A stretch of 49,769 nucleotides of DNA from Catajapyx aquilonaris (Eukaryota), in NCBI GenBank assembly GCA_000934665.2, contig KZ538749.1, forward strand, positions 1 through 49,769, in the 5' to 3' direction. The notes under the pieces are model-generated. The model was given only the letters and a program-made list of their open reading frames with translations. It was not told where the DNA came from and did no database searches. Below, piece by piece: positions 23,460-35,756 of this stretch; positions within the stretch are counted from its first letter, which is position 1, and every line of letters begins with the position of its first letter. A program made the position numbers and the translations under genes.

Positions 23460-24030
23460 TCACATTGATTCAATTGGGCGCAGTGCATATGGACTTGCAC
23501 TTGGTAATAGTAGGCATGTTTCCTGTCCACATTGAAATTCCCGGAGGTGTCTTTGACGAGAGGGAGGCGTCCTGGTGCATAAGCGGCCTCTATTATCGGA
23601 GAATACCTCGCGCTGTAGGGAGCTTTGACCTCGATGAGATATGCCGTGTCTTGCCCTCTGTTCACAATACCGTCTGGTGATGCTCCGAGAAAGAGATTGT
23701 CCACATCAATAAACAGTCCGCAGTCATGGACTGTGACACCCGTAACTGCTTCATACTCGGCTTTAGCGTCGGTCTCCCTCTCCTTCCCGGCCACAGACAC
23801 ATAGGCGGACGAAGAGAGGAGGCTGCGGACGAGTTTGGCGCAAGGGGTTGACAGCCTTCTGTTAGCCACTGCTTTTGCATAAGAAGCTGTTATTCTGATG
23901 CGGCGCTGTTGCAACCAAGTGTTACCATTTTGGCTTGCATTGTTTGTTATGAGTTTCTCCTCCCTCCCCTGGCTCCGTGTGTTGACTTCTATTTCAGCTT
24001 GCTTCTCTGCTGATACACACACTTGTTTTT
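23460..24030 (-). pseudogene. YqaJ/lambda-exonuclease-like domain fragment (transposon-associated)
   Basis: EVNTRSQG..WLQQRRIRITAS...CGLFID...FLGASPDGIV...LIEVKAPY...HAYYYQVQ. Confidence 0.9.
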
Positions 24031-24038
24031 GGTAGAAG

Positions 24039-24270
24039 CCCAAGTAGCACAGAAACATCCCATGCATATCTAAGGGACATCCACGAAAGTAAACCGAACA
24101 TCCCGTGGATATCCATGAAACTCCAAATTACGTCCATGGGATATCCATGGGAGTATGCCATGTCTCAGATTTGAGATCCCGGAGACATCCAAAGGAAACA
24201 TCCAGGGTAGGTTTGCAATGGATATCCATGGGAGCAACTGATCTCCAGATCCAACAGATATCCAAGCCAC
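24039..24270. mobile_element. End of a non-autonomous DNA transposon with subterminal repeats (EnSpm/CMC-like)
   Basis: CCCAAGTAGCACAG terminus followed by multiple GACATCC/GGATATCC motifs; partner end not found. Confidence 0.5.
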
Positions 24271-24390
24271 TGTCGCTGCTATATCTGTGGAACAGTCCTC
24301 TTTTTCAGCCAACAACACACACTCATATCATGTGAAAGTTTTTATTCTGCATGAATGTTGTATATATGATGCTCCACATATATAATAGAC

Positions 24391-24579
24391 GAGGGGTGTG
24401 GTGGAAAAAAGTGTTCATAACCCTTAGCAGTACCAATGCGTTACACTGGCTGGTTCTGCTAAGTATGTAAGCAGTATAACTGTAGCAGTGATACGGAAAT
24501 ACCACCCTAGGTGCTGTTTATGACAAAACTAGGGTAGTCATATAATTATATTATTATACGTTTTTCCACCACACCCCTC
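24391..24579. mobile_element. Small MITE with 19-bp TIR (mariner-like ends)
   Basis: GAGGGGTGTGGTGGAAAAA ... TTTTTCCACCACACCCCTC; TSD not clear. Confidence 0.7.
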
Positions 24580-24605
24580 ATTATTTTGTCAACAGCCCTC
24601 CATAT

Positions 24606-24750
24606 TTATTTGCTCTCGTGATCATCCAGCACATCTGCCTTCTTGGCTGCTCTTGCCTTAGCGTGGCGCAGCCATTCCTTCATTTCATACTTCACCGCTT
24701 CATGAGTTGCCGATGATGATGATGGGTTTTTGTTTTCGAGTGTCACCTCT
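24606..24750 (-). pseudogene. DUF4806-like C-terminal exon (transposon-associated)
   Basis: After an AG acceptor: EVTLENKNP...ATHEAVKYEMKEWLRHAKARAAKK...*. Confidence 0.5.
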
Positions 24751-26329
24751 GAAATATATTAAGAGATGTTTTAAAATATGAATGCATAACTTTTTCACAC
24801 CAGAGCTACACTATACTGCGAGAAGCCCCGACATAAAAAGTGCAGGGAAATTTGGGGGTGACAATTATAAACGAGTAGAGGTGCACCAGCTAGGTCGGCT
24901 AGGGCGGGATTCATCAAAACCTCTTCCCAACCACCCCTACCAGCTTATACCAACCCACCACACCCTCAGTCGTCATCACCTTTCAGCTTCCTTTGACACC
25001 CAGTGCAGTTCGCACAGATCGCACATGAGAGGGCTTCACTACTCCATCCAATAAGGGTAGGAGAAGGTCGAACTGCTCTTTTGTCAAACCCGTCATTGAG
25101 AGCACATCATCATCAGTTACGGAATCATCGTCAAAGTGGATACGGGACGATGTTGCCGAAACTGACCTGGTGTATCCAGGGAGTGGAGCAAAAAGCCGGA
25201 AGCTTCACCTGCAGACACCTCTGTCTGGTAAGCTTCCACGGCCCCGCTAAAGGTCACTCCAGCCTTCAACATGCCATCCAGTCTAACATGCGAGGCACAG
25301 AGGTAGCTACCTTTCGGCAGCCAAAGTTTCATCCTGCAGTATGCATCTAGCTGGGTGGCCTCCGTCACCATCTTTGAGGCCACCCCAGGATTCTGGAAAA
25401 ATGAGAGGCCACACGACATGCAGGCGTTGGGCCTAAGCTTCACCGTTGGAACTGGTAGGGTGCATGTAGCAGAAGGTACTGAAAGCAGAGAGGAAGCTGT
25501 CATGCTAGACATGCAAAAGCAGAAGCAAGAGAAAAGCAACTGTCAATATGCAGAAAAGAATGGATGACGCATAACATGATGCAATGCTATGGTCTACAGA
25601 AGATGGACCGTACTCGCTGCACTGCAGATAGCGGTTGCACGAAGTTGCTGCCTCCTGATTCCCACCCTCGGTGCTCAAATGTGAGAATGACACATGGGTC
25701 ATACAAACGAATTCTTGTTCGCCTATACCGGATGATTATCGTTCGAAATTCGATCAAACAATGCTTTTTGATGCACATAAAATAACCCAGAAGTGATTAG
25801 TTTTGTCTATGATTATGCCATATATTCACTGCCTCTTTCAGGAAATTAAGCAGAAAGTATTATAAGGCAAAGCATACACCTAAAAGGAAGCCCAACCCCC
25901 CTCCCCCAGCCCCACCAAAAACACGGTTCAAATGTAACAGCAGCTGTGTATTCCATTCACTTGAGGTGTACTGACCATTGTTGCATCGTGGCACAAGTTC
26001 CCTAAAACAGTGTTAAGCCAGTGCCCTTTCAGCAAGACGTTGAATCAACGTAAAATGCCGAAAATAGCATTAATTTAGCCCCAAATGCAACAATATCCTA
26101 CAGTAGGGTGTAGCATGTGATTCGGATCTGTAAAGAGTGGTACTAACAGTTGGAATTTTGTTCAATGTTTTGGTTCGTCCCTGTTCCTTCTTGTATTTGT
26201 ATACAATACTTAATACATAAATAGGCCTACAATCATATTCATATACAGTGACAATGCAGCTCAGAAAGGAATTCTTCTGGCTTTCCAATTGGCGAAGTCT
26301 GATATCAGTAATTTACAAATTAATAAAGT

Positions 26330-26733
26330 TTACCCACCTGCCATGCAATCCTCATCTACAGGATTGTCCGCAGGTTTGAAGGCCCCAGGGATAGCCTCCA
26401 TCACCTGTTCTGATATCTCGGACACAATTCCCTCAGCCATAATGCCCCCGCCAGTCTTGAAGCGCTCTTTTTTTTTTTCTGAGGCCAGCTGCTGCTTTGC
26501 ATTTTTTTTTCTTCTGATTTTTCCAGAGGTTTTTAAGTTGACCTGCAGTCCTGGAACGTACGTTCGGCTGGCGGCAAAACTCCTCCGCCAGGCAGTCCCC
26601 ATGCCGTCTTCTTCTCCAACAGGCTCATTGCGTCAGTTTGCTTGTTTTCGAGAACACCCGTTTTGGCCTTGACCAAAGCAACTAGAGTGTTCCTCTCGAG
26701 CTGAGTGTAAACTATCCTACCGGCGGCAGACAT
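26330..26733 (-). pseudogene. Myb/SANT-like DNA-binding protein (Harbinger ORF2 type), frameshifted
   Basis: YTQLERNTLVALVKAKTGVLENKQTDAMSLLEKKTAW ... KKERFKTGGG. Confidence 0.85.
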
Positions 26734-27199
26734 GGTTAGACACTGGAGCTGAATTCAAATGGTGCTTATTCGTCCTCGATCAGCTTCTGTGTGTCGAGGC
26801 CTCAAGGGTGTCAAAGAATAACTATTCTTACCCCTATATGGTGGAACCCGCATTTTCCGCCAGAAGAAGTACGGGTTCCCCCCAGACAATCCGGCAGTAG
26901 CTTAAGCCGCAACCAGGATCTCTCTCTGGCCACAACAAAGCACGTGGCCCGAAATAAACCGATGTTCAGGCATGCATCAGCCTCGACTCTTATTGCGCCA
27001 AACCTCTGGACGGACCCATAACCGTAATGGACAATAAAATACGTGTAAAGGTTTTTTTCCCGTTTGAATTTGAGCGGAGGGCTTTCTGCTCGGGGGAACA
27101 AGTCATCTCAGCAGCATTGGCGGAACTTCTACCTTTCGCTTACCCATATCTTTCATCCCTGACCTTTGATTGACGCCTTCCCGATCTGTTCCGGTGCAA

Positions 27200-27460
27200 T
27201 TTGTATACAATACTTAATACATCGGCCTACAATCATATTCATATACAGTGACAATGCAGCTGAGAAAGGAATTATTCTGGCTTTCAAATTGGCGTAGTCT
27301 GATATCATTTCACTAAAATCGAGTGACTTCTCTACATCGTTTTCTGTTGAGAGAATGGCGAGAGTAGTCAGGGTCTGGTCACTCTGCTGAGAACGCAAAA
27401 GGGGTTTTATAAGCTTCAGCTTCGGAAAACATCGTCTCATCACTTGCCCCAGTCACAGTC
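27200..27460 (-). pseudogene. hAT C-terminal dimerization domain (ZMYM1-like)
   Basis: VTGAS.ERCFPKLKLIKPLLRSQQSDQTLTTLAILSTENDVEKSLDFSEMISDYANLKAR; last ~100 bp duplicated at about 26200-26310. Confidence 0.85.
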
Positions 27461-27519
27461 ACAGTCACGCTCGCTGCGGGACAGTTTCTAGATAGCCTCC
27501 TAGAAGAAAGGCTTGCTTT

Positions 27520-27861
27520 TATTTGGTGCCCCTCGGCACTGTTTGGTGCCATGTAAAAGGCTGCGCTGGTGCCATTTGGGACCCTTTCATAGCAAGGCAC
27601 CAATGTGGGTCTATTCGGCATCTTCAGTGCCCGCGCTCCAAAATGGGTGCCGAAGGCCCTGTTTGGTGATAGGTGCCAACTGGCACAGATGGGTGCCACG
27701 TGGCACTTTTAAATGCCAATGGGTCCAAAGCTGGTGTCAGTTGAGGCCCTGAAGTAAGTTGCCATTTGGCACCCTTCATGGTATGGTACCAAGTCTGGTG
27801 CCATACGACACCAGCTGGAGGGTCACTTGGCACCAATCTGGTGCCATTTTTATTAACAGTG
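27520..27861. mobile_element. End of a CACTG-terminated non-autonomous DNA element
   Basis: Many GGTGCCA/TGGCACC subterminal motifs ending in TTTTTATTAACAGTG|TA. Confidence 0.55.
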
Positions 27862-27891
27862 TACAAGTCAGATATGCAGCGGAGCCTGGGT

Positions 27892-28150
27892 TTATTCCTC
27901 GCTCTCTGCAGCTTTGACAGCATCTAGTACATTTTTAAAGGCTGTGGAAGTGGACGTCTCACTCATAGTCCTCAGAACAATCTTGGTCCTTTTTTCCACC
28001 TCGCCAGCCAGGCTTGCTGCAACATCATGCCCAACAAGAATGCTGAAGTGTGTTGCCAAGCATTGTTTGGTGAACAAGAATTACCACTCATTCTTTAAGA
28101 GCATTACTTTTTCGCACTGCAAAATGTACTGCAGCTGCAGGTCATAGGAT
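27892..28150 (-). pseudogene. SAMD3-like/EnSpm-associated protein fragment
   Basis: LKNEW*FLFTKQCLATHFSILVGHDV resembles 'EWPFLF....L..HF..L.G'. Confidence 0.35.
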
Positions 28151-28446
28151 TCTTGCATAGCTCCTAACCGAAAGAATTCCTTCGCAAATTTGCGGATTAG
28201 CGAAACCCTGGCCACTACTGCCAGTACCGTACCAGTACACTCTCAATCTAATGTGTACCCTGAATATTAAAAAAGTCTGAACGAAATTCGAGATACCAAG
28301 GGCTAATATCGTGACGAACTGACGTGGAATGACCCCTAGATGGAGTTGGCATCACTGATAAACAACATCCCGACCTAGCCTATGTTCGCTTTGTTTACGA
28401 CGTTCCATTCTCCCCTCCCCTCCCCTGGTGATTTTCATTTCTCTTT

Positions 28447-29475
28447 TTATTGTCCGTCTAAGGCCTGAAGCTGTGCCTCTGCCAGGATTGCATCAAGCTT
28501 CACTCGAGTGCGTACTGCCAAAGTGGGAGGGAGATCACGCAAGAGAGAGGCCACCAGCAGCCCGTAGCGTTCGTGTACGTCGGCAATGGTAGATGTTTTA
28601 ATGAGGGAAATCAAATCTAGGTCCAGAGCCTCTGGAGTCTTGGGCTCGTTTTTCTTCTTCTGTAATAAAAGCATGTTGTGAGATGGCTGCTCAGTAAATA
28701 ATTACTGAGCCTTTGCACATGTACAGGCATTCGTTTTCTTGGAGGTGTAGCTTCCTGATCAAAAGCGGCTGCCACAGTACTGTCGGTGACAGTTGATGCA
28801 GGCTCGACAACTACACCAAAAGATGAAAGGCCATGAACTGTTGCACCAGCCTTCAGGAGGTCCTGTATGGTAGCACCACCCGTAATCAGTGCCTGAATGG
28901 TTTCATGAGTAGGAGGGAGGTCTCCTGTTGTATACTCATGTTCAGCTGCGTGGTCATCTCCGGTTGCACCCTCATAAGCGCCATGAATCAAGGTTTCACC
29001 AGCAGATGACAGGGCTTGCTTAGATGGTGCGTTAGATGGGAATGAAAATGGTGAATTAGTAGCCTGGTTTATTTCCCCTGAATGCAAGTTGTAAATCATG
29101 TAAAATGTACACTAGTATGTCTGAAAAAATTAAATACAAATTAAGTTCCCAGGTATTAGGTTCAAGAATTGGTAAATCTGCCAGTAATTCAACATTTCAT
29201 ATTCAAATTTAAAAGCTGGCAGAGTTTAATTTTAATTAAACAAAAGGTGGTGCCTTAAGTTGGCACATTACATCACATGCAAATGTCATTGACAGTATCA
29301 TACCTCTTTCTGGTCCCTAAATGGGCCGAAGAGAAGGCCATTGCTGTTGCATGTGCTGGTGCCCTGATGGATTTTGCAGCAGCCCCACTCCGCCCGCTCT
29401 TGGCCACAGTCCGCCGGTGCCGCGTGAAACTGTCTCTTAGACTTTGCCATAGTCACTTGACTTCCTCCACTGTGG
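28447..29475 (-). pseudogene. MADF-domain gene with BESS-like C-terminus (Harbinger ORF2-like), spliced, decayed
   Basis: Exon at about 29300-29470: VEEVK*LWQSLRDSFTRHRR..SGRSGAAA; C-terminus DVHERYGLLVASLLRDLPPTLAVRTRVKLDAILAEAQ. Confidence 0.7.
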
Positions 29476-29989
29476 AAGTAAACAAAATGGGGTAAATAAT
29501 CATGATGCGACAGTGAACTCATTGCAGCTATGTTTTGCTTATGACTGAACCATGCTGCACTTTTTAACTGTTCATGTTAGCTCTCATATGAAATTTATTA
29601 TCCTACATGTGCATACTTGGTACGTACAACATCTTAAACCCAAGCAATACGTGATTTGACTGCTATTGTCCCCAACAGCCAGCACAACAACTATTCCACA
29701 TGTGTACATTGCCAGGCTATGGTCGGAATATGGACTGAACACTCACCAGATAGCTTCATGGTGATGGCGATGGCCTTCCACGAATTATTGTAAACCACCA
29801 AAGCGGGTAGGGGAGGGTGGGGAGGTATGAGACAAAATTTGGATTCGATTTTTGTTCCAAAGAATAGGCCTGCTGTAGTGAACATAGGCTATGTAGGCTA
29901 CATAATTTCATAAAATACCACATGATTGGGGAGGAATGAGACGTGTCTCATTCCTCCCCATTGACTGTGGCTCAAACCTCCCCATGACA

Positions 29990-30285
29990 TTACGCATGGC
30001 ATACTTCCCCACCCTCCCCTAAATGTCCCTCAGATAGCAGCAACTGGTCGTGTTCACCAATTTGCACTAATTTTTCCGATTCAGTTGCCAATTGTTCATC
30101 TACCAATTTGTCTGTTGTTAGTTCAGCTACTGATTCAGTATCCTTGTCCCCACGTTCACTAACATCACCAGACCCACCTTTAGTACCGTTGAACATATCC
30201 AAAAGGTTTCTGCAATTTGAAGCACTCTCTAACATTTTCTTTTTCTTTCGATCCCGCTTTTCTCGGCACCTCCCTTTCTTTTCTG
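29990..30285 (-). pseudogene. hAT (ZMYM1-like) N-terminal fragment
   Basis: KKGRCREKRDRKKKKMLESASNCRNLLDMF resembles 'KKGGAEK.R.KK...L...A..C..I..MF'. Confidence 0.45.
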
Positions 30286-31349
30286 GTTTGATTATCCATG
30301 GTTGGTTACAGTTACAGATGCAGATTCTGAAATGCAAAAATTTGCTTCGTAACCTTTCGAAGATATCTGGATAATAAAAGAAATGAGCATGTTGATTTCC
30401 CTTACGTAAAGGTAAAGGACACCTTTGGCCAACTTCATAGTTTAAAGTTGTGTCAAAACCAATTATTATTCTTTCATAATCTTCGATTCTTTGTACATTT
30501 CTTCCCAACCCAGGACCAAAAAATACCTAACAAGTCAAGAAATACTGTACCTAATGGGTAGCAAGACTATAGCAACATATTCATGCGTGTGAAATAAATT
30601 TCTACTCACTGCACTGTGCCAATCTCAATCAGTATATTGAAAAATCTCTAGTCCTGAAGTGGCATCAATTCGCCTACAAATGATATGCTCTGAGCACGAG
30701 AAAAATTTCAGCCATCTTGGTACTCTCAGAGTCGGCTGCCTCGCTCCTTGGGCAACACTTAGGATGAGCTTCATTTTGTCAATGTCACACACTACATGAT
30801 GCCTGTAGAAATTTGTATCATCACCACTTAGCTCCTCTTCAAAGCAACGGATTCTCAGTGCCAACTTCAAGTGAGAAGTTCCGTCCCCAGCCTGCCACTG
30901 TGGTGTATGCAGGGAAAATCCTTAAATTTCGACCCTGCAGCAATCTTGTAGCAAGAGGCAGCTTGCTCCTTCCTGCACCATGTTATCCACACGGCAAATA
31001 ATCTCCTCCATCAAGTTCCGTATGTCATGTTCTGCAGGGTCTATCTTCTTATACTGCAGCACATTCATGAAGGCGCAAGACATGTCAGGAAATGAGTGCA
31101 GAATCTCCTCATGGCGTAGGTTCTTTGACACTGCGACTTCCATCTTCGGCCCACCAAAACGGGACTTCAAAGTCGCTGCCTTCTTGTACATTTGTCGTTT
31201 GGTTGGCAAACCCCGACACGAGTCGCAGTACAAAGAAACGAGACGAAGACAACAACAGTCATGATTAGGATGACTACTAAACAACTACTGTTCACTATAC
31301 TGACACGAACCTTTTCGTCTTCTCCTGATTGCATTTCCACCCTTCCGGA

Positions 31350-31685
31350 GCTCTGGCCCAGATCCTGGCAAGGAATTGCATTGAAAAAACCAACTGAGTG
31401 CTCAAGAGGCGTTTCGCATGTCTCAAATATGGCATGCGCCTGACACTGAAGAATGTATTTCCAGTAATTGTTGCATGCACCATCCTGCATAACATAGCCG
31501 TCACCTGAAGAGAGGGAGACCCACCCGAGGATAATGAGCTGCATAAAATACTGGAAGAGAGGAGGAAGCGAGGGCTGGTGACCGATTATGAAGATGTTCC
31601 AGCTGCAGCATACTGTGACGGCCCTGTGGATGCAGATGGGGTGGTGAAGCAGAGATCAATAATAATCAATGGCCACTTTTTGTAA
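31350..31685 (+). pseudogene. PIF/Harbinger transposase C-terminal fragment
   Basis: AQILARNCIEKTN*VLKRRFACLKYGMRL...VIVACTILHNIA...RSIIINGHF. Confidence 0.9.
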
Positions 31686-31799
31686 ATACTAGTGTAGGAG
31701 TAGTGATTGCAACATGCCCCTTACGACGGAGTATAAACCCACCCTTACTTTAAAGATCGGGAACACCTACTTACCTGAAAGATGTCAATGTCGTAACCC

Positions 31800-32230
31800 T
31801 TGCACTTGGTGAGGAAAAGGAATCGAAGTAATTATTCGGTGTGGGCATAACCTTATTTCTCTCCTTTTTGCAACAGATCTTGAGACATGGTCACCTGTAT
31901 CTTATGTCGTTCCTTCTCCCTCTCTTCCGGGCACGTTCATTATTGGCCCAGCACTTTCAGAGTCAGCTCATCTGGTTGTGGGGCAGCACTGCCCCCACCA
32001 GTCCTGTATACTGCAACTTTTGTAGTTGCGGCAGCCTTCCTTGCTGCCTTTTTCATGTTATCAAAAGCAGCCCGCAGCTGTGCTGCGGTGTTCTTAATTT
32101 CGGAGCCCGCATTGAAATCGGCCTCCAGCTTCAGCCACCCTTCCTCCTTCACCTTATTTGTTGTGGCATCTGTAGCCTTGTTCTCCAGAACATCTTTGTA
32201 CCGGAGATATTCAAAGTATACAGATGGCAT
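31800..32230 (-). pseudogene. Myb/SANT-like Harbinger ORF2, convergent with the transposase
   Basis: YKDVLENKATDATTNKVKEEGWLKLEADFNA...QLRAAFDNMKKAARK...YRTGGG. Confidence 0.85.
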
Positions 32231-32346
32231 AATTTTTTAAATTGTGGTTGTGTTTATGCTTAAACTGCTCAGAATTGTGTGCTGAGGGTTGGTTCCTTAT
32301 TGTTCCTTAACACCGTCCAAATATTTCACATATATACGTCACATAT

Positions 32347-32589
32347 TGTCAGGAACCCCACCTACAGGGTCCCTGGCTCCGGACTAGCTCACGGGTTCAA
32401 TGAAAACACGGACACCGGATGAGGTATAAAATGATATATGTATTTCCACACAGGCCCGCCTGCACAACTCGCCAGGCGGGGAAGGAATGTCATGTGGGGG
32501 AAGGGAAAGAGAAGGGGCGAACCCCATCCTCTAACAGGGTTGCAACTTTTACCGCCCACCATGTGGCGGAGTTGCCACGTGGTGTCGCA
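32347..32589 (-). repeat. 3' LTR of Gypsy element
   Basis: TGCGACA...CCTGACA preceded by purine-rich GTGGTGGGAGG (32590-32600), downstream of the integrase. Confidence 0.55.
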
Positions 32590-32772
32590 CCTCCCACCAC
32601 GCGAAGCATGAGCAGACACCTGCTCATGGCTCCATAAAACAAGGGAAAATGACCCAAAACAACCACAATGAGAACCAGGAAAAAAATGAAGAAAAAAAAA
32701 CACACAACTGATCCCACCACCAAAATAACCCACTGTCCACAGCACTTCCACCACTGTCCATTTTTTTTTCTA

Positions 32773-33301
32773 TCAGTTCGCCTCCCCCAGTAACACCTCC
32801 TCCTCCTCGCCCGACACGTCCATATCCGGAGCGTGCGGCGTCGGCGTCGGCGTCGCGTCTCCAATAAGTGACTGCCGCAGCTGGAGCAGCTCCCGCTGCA
32901 GTTGCAGCGCCTTTGCGGCAACGATGCCCACTGCCTCACCGCTGTTGAAAGCCCCCGTGCCCACGGGGATGTTGAGCATCCGGAGGGTGGCCCTCGTCCA
33001 TGGCCGGCCGGTATGCAGTCCCCACCTGCACGGTGCCCAACTTCGGGTGGGGGGCCCGGGTGTCCTTCTCGACGATGTTCCGGGCGGTGGCAGTTCTGGA
33101 GTACGGGAATGTCCTCTGCGTAAATGTGTGTCCCTCCAGGGCCGAACGACGCTCCCGGGCAGGAGACTGGCGGGACCTCGACGACTCCCTGCTGCCTTGC
33201 TGGTGTGCGCCCCTCCCCGGGCGTCCCCCTGAAGACCCCCTACCCCTAGGTGCCGGGGTCTTCTGCTTGAGTGCCTTAGCGTAAGTTGGCTTAGGCATCT
33301 T
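32773..33301 (-). pseudogene. Unknown accessory ORF of Gypsy element (frameshifted), copy A
   Basis: MPKPTYAKALK..RG-rich..RTFPYSRTATARNIVE...GTVQVGTAY; lies between integrase and PPT; homologous to 35757-36350. Confidence 0.55.
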
Positions 33302-34129
33302 CACGGCGAGCACGAGCAGACTTGGTTCCGAAGAAAGGGCTGGTACGGAAGTGGAGTGGGCTATTACAACTCACTACAGAATGCGTCACTTCCACCCCCC
33401 AAAAAGTCTGCCGCACTCCCCCCCCCCCCCCTGGCTTGAACCTCTCCAAGCAGGGGGATGGGTTTTTCCAACTGAATCACCGAAAAGAAAACCTGACCCG
33501 CAACTTCCTTCAAGGTGACGGGGTGATGACCCTTCCACCCCAACCGACTCTTTCTGCCCTAGCAACAAGAAGAAAAAGAAGGGCGGCTCCCCCAAGCGCA
33601 TTCCTGGACAGAAATAGACGCTGGGGTATCCATTAACGATAACGGGCTGGTTTCACAATGGCTTCACCATGGGGTGCACCCTCCCGAAGAAAGGTGTTTC
33701 CTTGACCAAACCAGCCCTCCCGTTTACCTTCCCAACCGGAGGTGACTCCCTCCTAATCTGGAGAAAAAGGGTCGTTCTTGCAAAGCTGCAAGATGCCCAG
33801 CGGGGATGGATCTCTCATGCCAGGCAAAAGGTCCCCCCTATGAACCAGCATGAGCATTGCTTCACCCAGCCCCAGGTGAACCCACTATGACCCCCGCCTT
33901 TTTCAACCGCCTTTTCTTTTTCTGTCCCGAAAAAGAAAAGTGGGTTGTGTTTCCCCCACCCGATCTTCACGCTAATTCTGCGGAAGGTCAAACGGGTGGA
34001 CGGCTTTTGCTGGAACAAAACTTCTCGTACTAGCAAAGTATTGCTCCACATGTCACTCATTTGGAGCCACCAAATTCCAACCTACAGATTTGGTTCGGAA
34101 TTTGAACGCCTAGTTATATCCACTAGCAT

Positions 34130-35005
34130 TCAAGCACCACTGCTCATTCGTGGTGCAACATATTTCTTCATTTCTGAAATATGTATCGGTCCGAAAACTT
34201 TTTTCGTAACCGGATTGCGCAACATGTACGATACATCATGTACACGTTTTACGACGTCATATGAACCGTCATATTTGTGGGCTAACGATCGCGTTAACCC
34301 TTGGATAACAAATGCGATTTTCGAAGGACGGTATCGCCTTCATTAAAGATACCATATCGCGTACGACGATCATAGTACTTTTTCTGCTTTGCACGTTCAG
34401 CAACAATGCGTGTACGTGCAAAATTAATAGCTTTCGCTAAGCGAAATTTGAGCTTCTCAGCGTAGTCACGCGTCTGCTCTTCTGATGCATTTTCTACCGT
34501 AGTAAGATACTGCATCTCCAAAGGCATCGGAAATTGTCTTCCGGTTGCCAGCTGGGATGGGCTATATCCGCTCACTACAGACATAGATGTGCGCCACGCA
34601 TACAATGCTGGCCCCAGCGTCTTACAACAATCATGATGCTCATGTGTGTAAGCAATCAACAGCCTCTTGATTCGGCTATTAACCGACTCGGTCATATTTT
34701 GCCAGGGAATGTATACATTCGAAAATGCAACTTTAATCCCTAATCCTTTACAAGTGGACACAAATAAGCGGCCCTTGTAATAGGTAGCGTTATCCGCCGT
34801 GATTTTATTCGGATAACCGTGTCTAGTGCAAAAGTCAATCAAGCACTCGATCACTTTTTTTAGCACATACTGATTTCAGTGGGTAAGCTTCAAACCATTT
34901 CGACAATTTGCAAACAATGACAAGGATATATTTTTTGCCTCCCACCGACCTTGGGAACGCCCCCTGGACATCTGTGGCGAGGTCCGAAAAGGCCTGGACA
35001 GGTGG
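34130..35005 (-). pseudogene. Ty3/Gypsy integrase (pol C-terminus)
   Basis: FSDLATDVQGAFPRSVGGKKYILVIVCKLSKWFEAYPL; HGYPNKITADNATYY; NMTESVN; GYSPSQL; QKKYYDRR; GPY-like KYDGSYDVV; frameshifts. Confidence 0.95.
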
Positions 35006-35756
35006 CAAGCGGACTACTTCGAGGAGAAGAGCAAGGAGAGAGCAGAAAACAGCAAGAAGAAAGACGACATCATCCATCTCTCCCGAGTCATCCAGGATGG
35101 AATCAGCTCTCTGGGACACTCGTTTTCACCGTCCTCATAAGGAGATTGTAGTAGACGAATGGTGCAGTGTATCAGGAGTTGCCTTCAGCAAGCAAGACAC
35201 AACCCTAATTGCATTGACCTCCAAGGGTGAGATTAGCATGTTTGGGATGTTCACAGGACAACGTACTGGCGTCATGAAGAAATCGCACCAGGCCGTTCAG
35301 AGTGTCAACGTGCCTCCGAATGAATCGTGTGGCTTTGCACTTGTTGGGTACAACTTCAGAGGAAGGGGATGTTTTCCTGTGGGATTGGGCAACAGCTCAA
35401 CATCTTCTCACATGGGAAGATGCCCACAAGGCCCCAGCCACTTGCTAAGTTTTTTATCTAGTGAACTCACATATCCTCCCCTTTGTTTTTAAAGTGTTTG
35501 ACAAATGACAATACATAACTGGAGAGAAAAACAAAAACAAAAACAAAACAGTTAACTTCTCAACACACACCATCCCCTGTTAGGGCGCACTACAATGAAG
35601 AAATGTAAATGACGAGCAAAAAAAAATGCGACTACTCCCCATAAACAAAATATCATGCCGTCCTCCCACACACCATAGGAGAAGGAAATAATAAGGAAAA
35701 CAGAAAAATGGGGGGAAAAGGCAAAAGCGAAAAGAACCGTCACACTCACACAAAGT

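Noticed and set aside
23222..24067. Intact 281-aa gene
   Set aside because: Chimeric ORF: starts in a MITE end, YqaJ middle, ends in a Gypsy tail/PPT.
24039..24270. CRISPR-like array (also 4200-4500 and 27520-27860)
   Set aside because: Repeats are short, irregularly spaced and in both orientations; no cas genes; eukaryotic TE context. They are subterminal repeats.
25003..25785. Plus-strand coding region
   Set aside because: Several overlapping short ORFs with no motif I can recognise on either strand.
34908..35492. 194-aa plus-strand ORF or env C-terminus on minus
   Set aside because: The plus ORF is antisense to integrase. The minus frame has a hydrophobic stretch but several stops and no diagnostic motif.
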